This document shows positions 22,458 through 34,648 of a stretch of DNA of 64,000 nucleotides, in pieces. Origin of the DNA: Klebsormidium nitens (Eukaryota; Plantae; Klebsormidiophyceae). The stretch lies in NCBI GenBank assembly GCA_000708835.1, contig DF237001.1, forward strand, positions 1 through 64,000, written 5' to 3'. Numbering within the stretch: the first letter of the stretch is position 1; each line of letters opens with the position of its first letter. The translations under genes and the position numbers were made by a program. A model generated the notes under the pieces. That model saw only the letters and a program-made list of their open reading frames with translations. It was not told the origin of the DNA and made no database searches.

Positions 22458-24664
22458 GTGAGTTGCTGGGCGCTTATATACAGATTTTCCGACCCCATTT
22501 TCACCCTAGAAAAAAGGGGGGGTTCGGGGGGGCGGCAGTCCACCCTCTTTCTCCCTCTTTGGGCCTTTGTTTCACTGCATGTGAGGGATCGGTAGCTTTG
22601 CTAAGAAGTCGTATGATGTTTGGCTAAGTTCGGGATAGTCGCATGCCGTTTCGTCTGTATTCCGACTCGCTGCTTGAGTGCCGATGGTCGATGAAGCCCA
22701 AAGCGGCGCTTTCAGTGAAGGCAGTGACAACAGCTGGATGCTTTCATGTAGTCTGCTCTTTGTAATACTGGCCGAAAACCTTGCGGATCGGATTGTGTAG
22801 GAAAACGCGGCTGGCATGTCTTTCTTGCTCGTCTTTACGTGTGCTCCTTTATTCCTGTCACACCTGTGACTGAAAGCTCGATAATGTGATGCAATATCAA
22901 TTGTTCGTAACTCCATTTGAAGCTGCCACGGCTTTGAACACGCTTGTCTCAACATGCATGCTTCCTATCTGACCGTCGCCCCTTACTAAAAGCAACAGGC
23001 CCGAGACTCGTTCATGGTCACTCAAGAGCCAATTAATCAGGAAGACAGTGCAGTTGCCTGATAAAGAAGGTGCCTTGTTATGAAGGTTATGGTGCTTGTT
23101 TGAGGAGGAAGGACGGTTTGCTTGCTTGAAAACCATGCACGAATAGTGAATGTCAACAGGGTAGATTACCTTGTCAAGTCGCAAACGACGAGTGGGCCGT
23201 CAAGACTTGTGTGTCTAGAAACGCATCCGAATGCTTTTTGAACACGTTGTTGTGGAGTGGTTGCTACTTTGACCCAATTCCTGTCTGCGTTTTTGCGTGG
23301 CGTCATGACTTTGAGTGGCCGGAGTCGTCATCCAAAAAACAACACCATAGAGAAAGAATAAGGCGAGAAGCAGTTGGATGGACGCAGTTTGGCATATGAC
23401 ATCGAACCTTGCAATCTGGACCTAGTCAGTTTGTTTGCGTGTTTGGAAATCGACAAATGTGACATGCCAACTTCTTTTCTTGTCAGGCACTCACTTTTCC
23501 TTGGAACATGGCACTTCATGTTCTTTGTGCTATCAAGCGGGAGGCCAGAAAAATGAGGAATTTCAGTATCCGCGAGATTGTCACAGATGACAAGATGTTG
23601 AGTGTTCTTACAGCCCGACGAAGGAAGGGGAGGGTAATATTAGATCAAGAACTTGGTGAAGAAGCAATGGAACTAGACTGATTTCACGGATACATAGTCT
23701 GGCACTTGGATATGGAAGATGGTACAAGGCGGTGGCACAATTACGTCAAGACAAAGGACGCAATATGACGGTAGAGACGTCCGTACCTTAGCGGCCCTCG
23801 AGTTGTACAATGGGCGCTTCACGAGTAGAGTTGAGGGCTCGACTAAGGAGTCGGTGCATCAATGAATGTGAGTTCTGCCACGTAGTGGTGTTTCATCGCT
23901 GATCCACCTCAGGATTCAGCTCCGCCTCTAAGGGCTTCTGTCTTTTGACCCGGCGAGCGCATGATGCGCATGTCCTCAGTGGGCCGTTGAGGGGTTGCAA
24001 CTTGCCGCCGTATAACAATAAATGATATGACAGTATGACAAAATCGATTAGAACAATGTCCGTCGGCCAAGCCAACTGCGAAAGGCGCATGTGAGGGCCA
24101 CAACACCTCATTGAAATGTCACTCCAGAGCGCTCAGGCCTCGCGCTCCGGCAATTGTGAGCACTTCAACTTAACTCACAAAGCCAGACATCGACAAAGGC
24201 TTCGCATCTAATGTGCCACTCAAAATTGTGCAGTGCTGATCGATGATGAACGGTTTTGTCGGCAATTAATGACATTTGAATGGTTGCGCTGAAACTTGAT
24301 AAAGCATTGGGCTTGCAGTGCATGATATTGCAGCAAATGTGAGGCCTCGTCTCCAATTGGCTCTCGTCACTGATTCTCTTTGTCATATAAAGCTGCTGGT
24401 GAACTGTCATACCAAGCTGCTGGATGTGCACCAGGCTGCTCGCTGGGCGCACATGGGTGACATGGCATGCGCATTGCGCCGCAATGCGAACTCAGCGCTT
24501 AGTCTCAGCAGTAGGTACGTAGGAAGAAATGTGTCGTCATCGGAAGATCGGCGTACCGCGATATTTTCCCGGCGAAAGATCTGGTGCTTTGACCGGTTAC
24601 CAGCAGAAGCGGTCGGGGACCCAAGAATGACTAGTCATTTCGATTGTGCGCGCACGGGGCTGTG

Positions 24665-24957
24665 GTCGGTGTGGGGGTCCAGAGCGGAAAACTGGAGTCC
24701 ACGTTCTGTCAGAGTGATTCGCGGGGGTAATAGGGGTACTACTGTACCCATTCTCATTTAGGTAATGGGAGGTTTGAGCCCGATCAGGCGATCAGTCAAA
24801 AGTACCCTGAGCGGGACTCTGAGGTTACAGTACAGTCGGGTTCCGGTAGTTACGCGGGCACTCCAAGGCTCAAGCCTGCGGCCTGCCCGTACCTACACTG
24901 CCATACAGGGCATCCTTGTCGGTGTGGGGGTCCAGAATGGAAAACTAAAGTCCACGT
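24665..24957. repeat. 40-bp direct repeat pair (36/40 identical)
   Basis: gtcggtgtgggggtccagagcggaaaactggagtccacgt (24665-24704) vs gtcggtgtgggggtccagaatggaaaactaaagtccacgt (24918-24957). Confidence 0.8.
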
Positions 24958-25359
24958 CCTCCCCTCTTACCGGTATACCGTACAAACCTGCCTGTGCACT
25001 GTGCAGTGTGAGTCGTGACTCGTGACATCAGGTTTGGAGTGTCACGTGTACGGTAGCCTGGTTCATGGGCCATGGCAATTTTACCAATTTTATTTTATGG
25101 TATTCAGCTGGGCATGGAATGATGGAAGGCCGCGCTAGCACGGTGACCGGTCGCTACCAAACCGAGCTTCCGAGCGATCCAGAGTCCACTGGACTCCGAC
25201 AGAGTCCAGGCAAGCCCAGGCCCGGCCGGCCCCCAGGAAGTTACAGGCAATATTATGCTCAAAAAGATAAATATTAAAGCCAAGAATCCAGACGAATTGG
25301 TATCTTGGGCCCCCTCAGTTTGAAACATGGGGGCACAAGGGCCCTCCAACGATGCTCTT

Positions 25360-25414
25360 TGGGGGCCCGTCGGGCCCCCTCGCCTCAAGGATTGGGGGCC
25401 CGTTGGGCCCCCAA
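25360..25414. repeat. Two adjacent GC-rich perfect hairpins (gggggccc-NNN-gggccccc)
   Basis: gggggccc gtc gggccccc (25361-25379) and ttgggggccc gtt gggcccccaa (25392-25414). Confidence 0.75.
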
Positions 25415-25890
25415 GCCCCTCCTATTGGGGGACGATATTGCCCATTGGGGGCGATAATGGCTGGTGGCGGTCCCCCAGTGGAAACACTTGCCAAGATGTT
25501 CCCTAATACCTAGGTAAGCTCCGACTAACTTTAAATAAAAAATCCTAACCAAAAAGGATACCGGTAACTTCTCCGCACCCATACCCACCGTATTACCTAA
25601 TCCACCAAATTAACCCTACCCGTCCTAGTGCGGTTTACCCTTATTTAACAAAATTATTTCATTGGCTTTCTTTCAATATTTACAGGCAGGTACTAGGATA
25701 CCTACGTGGTACCGGCAGGCTCAAGACCGGTAGCGACCAGGAACATCGTCGTTTCAGGTACCGTACCCACTGGTCTGACATCGTATGACACGCGTGACGC
25801 GTGCATGCAGCGTACCTTTAGGTACCGAGACTACTGACCCTTTGCACTGTGCGCAGCCTGCTAGCACTTACCGTACCTAGGTACTCCAGA

Positions 25891-26407
25891 AAGCAGTGTT
25901 TACCACGAACCGACTTGCAGTGGTATTGCGACCGACCAAAATTGAAAGTGACCGACTCCAACGAGTGTGGCCTGCCGCAGGCCGGCTGGAAAGCCGACCA
26001 CTATGAAGGTGGTCGGCTGCCCAAACCGGCCTGTTTCTGAGAAGTCGGTCCCAGCCGGGTAGGCCAATAGTGGTCGGTAGGCCTTTTCTCAGACTTTTGG
26101 CACTATTTGAACCTTCAGAGACCTTGACACTAGGCCAAAGTAAGGTGGAGAGGATCGGTTGACTTTTGGGCTGTAGTGTCACACTGAGAACTTGCGGATT
26201 AGTGCTCTGGCCAAGCAGGGCCTACTGTCAGTGGCAGAATTCGCGCCGGGTAACCGACCCAAGAGAGCGCACCCGGCCCACAAAAATCCGACAAAAATCA
26301 AGGTGGTCGGCCCGGGCAAACCGACCAACGGCCTCTTCCAACCGACTGCTTCAATAGGGACCCTCTGGGCAGCCGGCTATTTCAAATCTTCGTGGTAAAC
26401 ACTGCTT
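25891..26407. mobile_element. 517-bp MITE / non-autonomous DNA transposon
   Basis: Perfect 19-bp TIR aagcagtgtttaccacgaa (25891-25909) and its reverse complement (26389-26407). About a dozen internal (a)ccgac/gtcgg motifs. caga flanks both ends. No ORF. Confidence 0.8.
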
Positions 26408-26576
26408 CAGACTTCAAACTTCCAAGTTCAGGAGATGTCCGAAAATACAGGCGTCGATTACGCCCGCCAAAATAGTTGGGCTCAATGATCAATCAAATTG
26501 AAGCTGTGACTTGTTACCGGTACAATGATGATCTTGATTCTTGGACGCACTGGTCTGTTTTCCTAGTGTACGGCTT

Positions 26577-26917
26577 CCCCAACGGGGGTATAAATAGTGC
26601 TGGTTACCAGCTTTGCCATAACCGTCTTTCGCATTCTTGAAATTGCGACGGGCGCAACACATACAAGAAGGTCTTCCCCCAGCAGAAAAACAAGTCGTTT
26701 CTCTCCGTTTTGAGCGGCGGTTTCGACCTGGCGGTTTCAACTGGACTGAAACTGAGCCATAGAAAGAAAGACCGCCGAAAACAGACCGGAGTAATGCTTC
26801 AGATTTTTGGGATTTCAAGCTCAAATTTCCAAGGCTTGGAAGCATGCGCCTTCGGACCGAAATTTGAATTCCGGTGGCCGGACAGCCGGTTTGCCCCAAG
26901 TTATACCCCCGGTGGGG
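26577..26917. mobile_element. Putative 341-bp MITE-like element
   Basis: 17-bp inverted repeat ccccaacgggggtataa / ttatacccccggtgggg with 1 mismatch; no clear TSD. Confidence 0.45.
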
Positions 26918-27407
26918 GTTTAACCTAGGGTGATTTGCTGACGTCGGGCGTCAGGAAGCAAGCGGCAATTCAACTCAGGGTGACGGCAAGCCGCGGCTCA
27001 GGCTGAGGCACTTGCTAGGTACGGCCTACGATACAATGATTCGCGGGCCTGCCAAGTTGCGAACAGCAGTACGTACCGCTGTTCAAGTACCGACTCGGAT
27101 AGGCTAACCACAATGCACATTGGTACGGCGGGTAGGTACTCGGTAAATAGGTACCGTTGCTACCTAAGTACCGGTAGGTAGGTATACCGGTTCTACGATA
27201 TCCCGACAAATGTCTCTTCAAGTACTAGGTACCTAGGTACCTAGTAGCAATACCGGTACCTCTCCGATCTCGCTAACACTGCAGTACAAAGTAGAAACCT
27301 AACTCACAAAACTACCCGCTCCGCACCGAGATGCACGGTGCACCCCAGTAACCCCTTGTCAAGGGGGTTAAACCCTCACGCTTCCAAGCTGGTTCGCAAT
27401 AAGTAGT

Positions 27408-27726
27408 AGTTATACCATGAGAGCTCTGCGATATCGATGGTTTCGCGTCGAACGAGAGCTGATATCCATCCGAGGGCGGAGCCCCGAGGGGGATATCAAG
27501 CTCGAGGTCGACAAGAAACCTTCGATATCGCCGAGCTCGAATGGTATAACTCGCTTATCGCTTAGTCCGGACACTGCATCGGCGTCGAACCTGCTTAGAG
27601 TGTTCTGATATACCCCTCCGCGGCGGGGTAAATCAGCGATATCTCCCTGCCACGTGATTCGACTTCGAAACAACTCTGATGGCTCCCGGCAAAATAGCTG
27701 AGCGAAAAACCCGGACGGGCGATAAG
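27408..27726. repeat. Composite long palindromic (multi-hairpin) element
   Basis: 144-bp imperfect palindrome 27408-27551 with perfect 11-bp ends agttataccat/atggtataact. A second fold-back 27554-27726 has an inner near-perfect 32-bp palindrome ctgatatacccctccgcggcggggtaaatcag. Confidence 0.75.
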
Positions 27727-28424
27727 TTTAACTTTTAATAGCTACAACTACCGGTATGCCGGTTTACCGGTATTGCGATGGCCAGATTAGTTACCATACC
27801 GGTAACTCTCTTGTGACCTACCGTAACGCCGAACGGGCGTGTGACCTTAAGATACGAGTTACCTTGGCACTCCAAACTTAAACCCTAACCCACATAATTA
27901 CCCGCTCCGCACCCCAACCCACCCTTAAACCACCATCATTAGAGGCCCCAGGGCCCACGATGTGCATGGTACGGTTACCGGTACCTGATTACAATTTACA
28001 GGCCTACAAGCCTAGCTTAGGCGCGCCTTAGCCTACCGGTACTCAGATACCCAGGTACATTGTAGTATGTACCGTACCCACCGTAAAATCCTAGTAGGTA
28101 CGTACCTAGCTAAGAGCTACGGCACCTGAGTTTCGGCCCGGGGAAGCAATAGGTACCTACCTTCATGCGGTACGGTACCGGTTGTTGAGTCCTCTCAAAA
28201 TGCGCCACCTGGCAATATGGTTCATGCAACTTGCAATCGTGATCGCCACGAAAGGCAGTCTGCAGGCCCGCCCTTGCCTGCAGCGGCGCTGAGGTCTGTT
28301 GCTTAGTAGACTGATGAGGCTCAAGAGCTCTACACTGTAGACTGTAGATTACAGTGGTGAGCTTTTAGGTACAGTGAATTCGTGAGTGTTTGTGGGGCAG
28401 GATTCTAGAAAGCCTCAGGCAAGC

Positions 28425-28523
28425 ATGGCTGCCTCCAAGCTCCGCGTTTGCCAGCTCTGCGCCCGCAAGGGCCTGCGGGGCTGTGGCAAGGGATGCCTAG
28501 GAAAATGGCGGGCTTTTGATTAA
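28425..28523 (+). CDS. Putative 32-aa Cys-rich uORF (MAASKLRVCQLCARKGLRGCGKGCLGKWRAFD) upstream of MYB
   Basis: Good start context (aagcATGG), GC3-rich coding-like codons, C-x2-C-x7-C-x3-C pattern, no usable GT donor before the stop. Confidence 0.45.
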   Translation: MAASKLRVCQLCARKGLRGCGKGCLGKWRAFD

Positions 28524-28655
28524 CGTGTCTGCTTTAGAGGTGCTTTTGCTTGCGAAGGGCGCATATTGGAAGTGAGAGCGGGCAGGGGAGGAAGATAGGT
28601 ATTGTTGAACGTCGCTAACAGTGTTGGCAAATGAAGGCATCTAAGATCCAAAGCG

Positions 28656-31600
28656 ATGGGGTCGCTTGACCCTGGTGCTTGCCAGAGCGCGAGAGCTAGA
28701 TTGGAAAAGAATACCCGAGATTTTGGAGCTGACTCTGACCTGCACTCCTGGTGGGGAGACTGTCTATTTCATGTGCCCGTGCATAGGGTCAGTCTGAATG
28801 TTGAGTTTCAACTTCAGGCGCGTCTTTGTGGAGCGCATCTTTAAAACATCATGAAGGATCAATGCAATAAATTCACGAAGCTGGTTTACCTAAGCTAAGA
28901 TGTCAAGTCAAGTCCTGAAGAGCTTTTCTTTGGTCACCTGAGGCTTGGCCGCGGAGCATTTCCAAAGAAGTCTGATAGGCGGGAGGTAAATAATTGTGAA
29001 GCTTGCAAAGCTTTCTACACAGCTTCTTGCTCCTTGTCAAATCAAGTCTTTTGGGCTACTGACAGTTCGGCCCGACTTGGCAGCTCGCTTGTGGCAACTC
29101 CATCAAACTCATCCTAGGTGTTTGTTAGTATGAGATATGAATGTTGGTCTGATGCTAAACGCCTTGCATTTGCTGGTTTCATGCTCTCTTTCCGTCCCTG
29201 AAAGCATGTTTGGTTGGCATGAATACATTCAAGTCAGTGTTGCGATTCTTGCTGTGATCCTTGTGCATTGTGGAAAGGATGGATACTTGGTGTTGATGAG
29301 AGTTGTGGCCTTTATATGATTTTGAAAAAAAGCCTTCCGATTCTTGCAGGCAAACACAATTGTTCCAACTCAGAGTGTTGGCGGCTCATCAAATGCATTT
29401 GCTGATGACAGCAGGAGCAGTGACGCAGGGCAATTTGGTTTGACAGCAGGTATACGTGCATTTGTCAATCCTAGCGAGCGAACTAAGGAGGCAGAATCGA
29501 ATCTAGAGGAGATACGCTCGAACTGTGCGAGGGGCATGGAGAAGAATCAGGACGGCGAGTTTGAGACTGAGCCTGCCTCCGAAGGACAGGCTCCCCTAGC
29601 AACCCTCAATGTAGCAGACTACCTTCCAAATTTTAAGCCTGCAAAGAGCGAGCTGCTGCAACGCTGGTTTAGAGGTGGGGCCCTTTCAGTCAAAGGAGAA
29701 GAGCAGGAGCAGATGAAGGACAAGCTACTAGCATTTGTCCAAGGAGACGACAGGAGGGGTGAGGTACACTCGTCAAAAGATGATTCTTTACAAGGAAATG
29801 GTTCACTCAACGTTGAGTGCGAGGCACAGGGCGAGCAAGGGGACAGACCGGGATGCAAGGAAGAGATGGATGGGGAGAGGTCTTCCAGGGCTCCTCCATG
29901 GACAAAGGTAAGAAGGCAGGAGAGCTCTTTTATGTTGGGGATTCTCATGAGTTGTCAATAAGGAGGGTAGTAAAGAAAAAGGGTAGTGCGCTAATGCTTA
30001 TGGCTGAGCATGTCATTTGGGCCTCGTGCTGCTCTTGATACTCTATGGTGGATTGTTGGATGACAGTGTGTCCTAAGATAGCTGGATGCATACATTGAGG
30101 GGAACACTCAAGAGCACTTTGTCACTATCATCAATCTAGGAACATAGAATCAGGACTTATGTCTGGATTCCAGGCTTGAGGAACAAACAGCGTTTGCGAG
30201 TCAGGGCTGTACTGAATGCAGATACTTGATACCAATTCGTGGATTCGCGGAGCAAACCTGGCAGCTTGATTCTTGTAACAACTGTTGAGTCTACCTACTT
30301 CAGGAGGAGGACGAGAAGCTGAGCAGCCTGGTGCAAGTCCATGGTACCAAGACCTGGGCTTTCATATCCAAACAGTTCAGCAACAGGAATGGCAAGCAGT
30401 GCCGCGAACGGTGGCATAATCACCTGAGTCCTGGCCTCAAGAAGGTAATGTGTTGTCCCAAGTTTTTGCTGCAGACACTTGCATGTCAGTTTTGACCCTC
30501 CTGGCACGAGATTGGGTTGACCTCCATAGCTGCCTTTGTAAGCATCTTGAATCTGTACCTTTGTGCTGCATGGATCATGCGCTGCTCATGTTGACAACCA
30601 GCATGTTATCAAAGACAAAGTTGCACCATTTGCTTGTTCAGATTTTTACCAAGGTTCTCCTTTGAGAAGCATTCTTGTGCACCTGCAGGTAGACTGGACG
30701 CCTGAGGAAGAGCAGAAGCTCATTCAATTGCATCTGCAATTTGGGAATCGATGGGTGAGTATGACATTCCCTGCTGCCATGCAAGCTTGATATTGGCCCA
30801 GTACCTTAACTTACCTGAATAGTCTGAATCCTTTCTCAATGCAAGCTCTTGCTTTCTTTTGCCTGCCGCTATAGTTCTGTCCAGATAAGGCCTTGTTGGT
30901 CTAGCGGAAGCCTTTAAAATTTTCTGGTTCTGCATGTCGTCATTTCAACTCCTTTCCTCCAGGTTGAAATTGCAAAGCACCTCCCAGGACGCAGTGATAA
31001 CGCTATCAAGAATCACTGGAACAGCACGGCTCGTCGTAAAGTAAGCTTCTCTTACATGATTCCCAGTCAAGATCCTTTTCGCAGTTATCCCTCCATGTCG
31101 TGTTACGCGTCCTACTCCAATTGCTTTGCTAAGCCTGGGTTGTTATGAATGTCAGACCGTGTGTTCCCATGCTGACGAACTCAGACATGAGGAACTTTTT
31201 GTTTTTAATATTGCTGGTGGTTTAAACCAGTGCTTGGTGCTGCTCGCAGGACGAGAAATCAGCCAAGGCCACCAAGAGTGACATCCTGAGGAACTACATA
31301 TCTGCTTTGAGGGATCCAGCCAGTGCTGCTATGCTCACGGTAAGAGCTCCGAAAGTCAGATCTCACCGTCTGTATCTGGGTATGTCAGAGAGTCGACACA
31401 CTGGCAAAGCTTCCCATGAAGTTCTAGTTGTATTGCAAGGGTTTTGTTCCAACATCTTGTCAAGGGAGGGTTTCCAGTTGGCAGCCGTCGAGGACAGCTT
31501 GAGTATCATCTTGAGCATTGATGTCTTGGGAACCCCTAAACGAAGGCATTTGATCACTCATGTCTTAGAGAACCCCTAAACTCCGGCAATTCCAGCGCCC

Positions 31601-34600
31601 TCAAGCGCCAATCTGGTTGGTAAAGGTAAAAGGCCACTGGTCAGGCCACTGGTCCTGTGTGTCCCTTGGCAGCTCAAAAATCATCATTCCCTAGTAAATA
31701 ACCGGGTAATCACATCCCTCAGTTGCAAGACTCCATGTCTTCCATTCTGCAGGAACCTGCAGCGGAGGCTCCTTCAGCAAACTGCCTTCACTGGACCACG
31801 CTCCAACTGGACTCCTCTGACTCTAACCCCACCCGCGGCATCACAACCCTTCGCAGTCAGAGCACACAGCCTGGCAGCCCTAGCAGCCCCCTGGAGTTGA
31901 ATGCCACCCTCAGTCTGGCCCCTGCTGGCATGATTGGGGGCCTGCAGGACACCCCCTGCAGGTCTGCTGTCGCAGGAGCGCTCTCTGTACTCCCTGCTGA
32001 CTTCATGGGACTTAAAGGGTCCCTTCTAAATGATGTCAGCGGCTTGCAGGTAAGCAGGTTTCGTTGGGGCTTTCAATCTGCTTCATTCAAGTCTATGATG
32101 AGAGCACTGGATGGTACCACAGGAAACATGAATTCTCGAGCTTGCTTTATAGTTCCTGTTGACAATGCGCTTTGTCACCATACGCCAAAATTGGTGTGCA
32201 TCCAGGCAAAGAAAAGATCAGACTTCTAGGGGTTTGAGTTTCCAAACCTCAAGCATTTTGGACCTTTCGCAATATTCGACATCATTTTCTGCAACAAATT
32301 GTTTTATACTGCACCAAACAACCTCCTGACCTTTGAAACAAGCGGTTTTACTTCTCTGAGAATGTGAGGTAACTACGTCATTTGTTACTTCTGGTTGTGT
32401 GCAAAAGCTTTCTGCCTCAACTGTGAGCAAAATGTGCCAGTTCCTACAGCCATGCAGCAGATGTTGTCCCCCCATGGCATCTGATGACTGGACCCAGAAA
32501 TGCAGCACTGCCAATCCAAATGCATCCGCCTTACTCTCTATTGCCCTGCTACACAGACAGCAGCCTGCTTTTTGTCCCAGTCCCAAGCGCTCTCTTTCTT
32601 TAGGGTTTCTGAAAGAGCTGTCTTCTTCAAGCTCCAAGTTCTGAACAGAAGCAAGTCTCAAACATTGCATTTGTTTGAAGCATGGTCTCCCCTCGTGCTT
32701 GCAGAGTTTGGCTGGGCTGGAGACCGGCAGCGCCCTCGAGAAGCTGCTGGCAATGCAGCAGTTGCAGCAGTGGCAGGAGCACCAACGGCTCAAGCAGCAG
32801 CTAGAGCACCAGCAGCAGCAGGATGCGCTCCTGCGCCAGCTCTATGGCGCACTGCAGGCAAGCTCCTCAACCAAGTCAATCAGCTCTCGCTGCAGTTGCG
32901 CTTACCCTGAATTCTCCCCCCTCGCTGAAGCTGCAGTCATGCTAGATTTCTCCTCTTTCTTCAGTTGCAGACATTTTTGGGGAGGGTTTGGTAATGTGCA
33001 GCTGAGTTCTTTTAACGAAATGAAGGGGCAGGATTCGGATTTTCACGCAGGTGTCTCTCTGAACAGCAGGCTGCCTTCTGCAACAGGAGGTTGACGCTGA
33101 AAGTATTTCGAAACTCATGAGGTTGAAGAGCTCCTTGGACAGCTCCTCTTTTCTTTCCTCTACCATTGCATCCAGGTGGTTTCTCACATGATTTTTGTTT
33201 GCATGCACTCAATTCCTTGGCACTTATACTTCACGTTTGAAGAACATCATTACCTTACTTACATGCCAACCCTGTCTGAAGCAGTTTTGTCCTCTTTCAG
33301 GAGGCGCAGCATGCTCAGCAGAAGGCAGCGGAGCAGGCTCAGCAGGCGCAGCTGCTACAGCGCTTCCAGGAGATGCAAGCGCAGCAGAAGCAGGCCGAGG
33401 CGCTTGACGGAGGCTGCCTCTCGCTCAACCTGGCGCAGACCAACGACCTCTCGCTCCCCCTGCCGCAATCTGACGCGCACAATAACCTGGAAGAGTCGTG
33501 GAATACCGACAACGACCCCCTGCAGGTGCGAAACACTCGTGGACCACTTCTGGATTCTTCTTTTCTTGATTGAACTTTTTCGACTCGATGCCTTGACAAT
33601 CACTAGTTTTGCGCAGTGATGTGGAAGAGGGCGTTCAGTTGATGGGGCACTCCGGTTTTGTGCCTCAATAAACCAGAAGGGGCAGAATGAGAGTATTTTT
33701 TTTGGGAGGACCTCTTCTGCGAACAGGCATTTGCAAGACAAGTAACCCTCAGGTGGTTCCAAAGCTGGTAGGATCTTTGTACTCCCTCACATCATCTGGA
33801 TAAGCAGCGAGTAAGCGTGCCTTGTCTGCTAGTGTCCCCCTGCGCTGTTTTTCTACGCAGACAAGTCGGACATACAAGGCACCAGTCTGTTGCAGCCCCA
33901 ACAAGGAACACCTGGACGACTTATTCGAACAAATTTTGATGTTTGTCCGCAGCTCCTCCTCGGCACCGATTCCTCCCCCCCCATGTGGAACAGCCGCCAG
34001 CCTGAGCCCCCCCTCTCAACGGTTGAGTCCGCCCCGGCGTTTGACTCCCTCTCCTATGACCCCCCCGCTGCTGCGCACACGGATCTCCTCTCCACTTTCA
34101 ACTTCGATCTGCTCAGCCCCCCGTCCAATCCCACCTCAGGGCTTGAGCTCAGCACGCCAGCCCTCGATCCCCAGTTGCAGATCGGGGCGAACTCCAATTC
34201 TTCCCCCCTACAGCCCGAGGCACAACACGATTTCGCCTCGGTGCTCCTGCAGAACCCGTCCCCTCCCCCTCAGTTATACTCCCAGGGACTGGGCGAGCTA
34301 GGGGAGGTGTTTCCGACCCCTGCGGCCGGGCAGAAGCGCGCCCGGGAGGAGTGGTCGGGGGATTTGGCGCAGCCGGTGGTCAAGGCGGGGCCGCGCGGTC
34401 CGATCCAGTGGCCGAAGGACGACGGCACCAACTTGCAGTCACGCTATGCCCCGGGCAAGGAGGGCACGGGGCTGGAGGGCATTCCGGGCGAGAGGAAAAC
34501 GGGAGGCGTTGGAGGAATGTACAAGAAGGGCAACTGTATTGTGTTGACTGGGTTCATTGGCCCCGGGCCGCTGGGACCCCCGGGGATGACGGCCAAGAAG

Positions 34601-34648
34601 CCGGCGGGCGTGGCGCGGCCGGCGGGCAACTTGGCGGTGCCAGCATGA
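28656..34648 (+). CDS. R2R3-MYB transcription factor (c-Myb-like repeats; resembles MYB98/MYB64/MYB119 group); exons (28656-28787?), 29350-29907, 30304-30444, 30689-30754, 30963-31040, 31250-31339, 31753-32049, 32705-32857, 33301-33525, 33896-34648
   Basis: PWTK|EEDEKL...[18 protein letters not shown]|[22 protein letters not shown]|[26 protein letters not shown], then ILRNYISAL and Gln-rich C-terminal segments. The first exon and the last acceptor are tentative. Confidence 0.88.

Noticed and set aside
22595-22640. Minus-strand YPELSQTSYDFLAKLP resembling the hAT dimerisation motif
   Set aside because: The upstream Trp spacing and the downstream ERxFS motif are absent; probably chance.
23283-23303. 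VCVFAWR as the missing RDR terminal exon (expected CGFAW-like)
   Set aside because: No suitable acceptor upstream and the following residues do not match; the terminal exon is left unresolved.
25150-25738. 10-bp inverted repeat ggtcgctacc/ggtagcgacc as element termini
   Set aside because: Too short and no TSD.
27880-27891. Telomere-like aaaccctaaccc
   Set aside because: Under two units; not an array.
24500-28200. Functional link between the RDR gene and the adjacent hairpin/MITE cluster
   Set aside because: RDRs act in trans; proximity alone is not evidence.
29350-31040. 3R-MYB (MYB3R) call
   Set aside because: Only two repeats were found; no R1 in the upstream exon.
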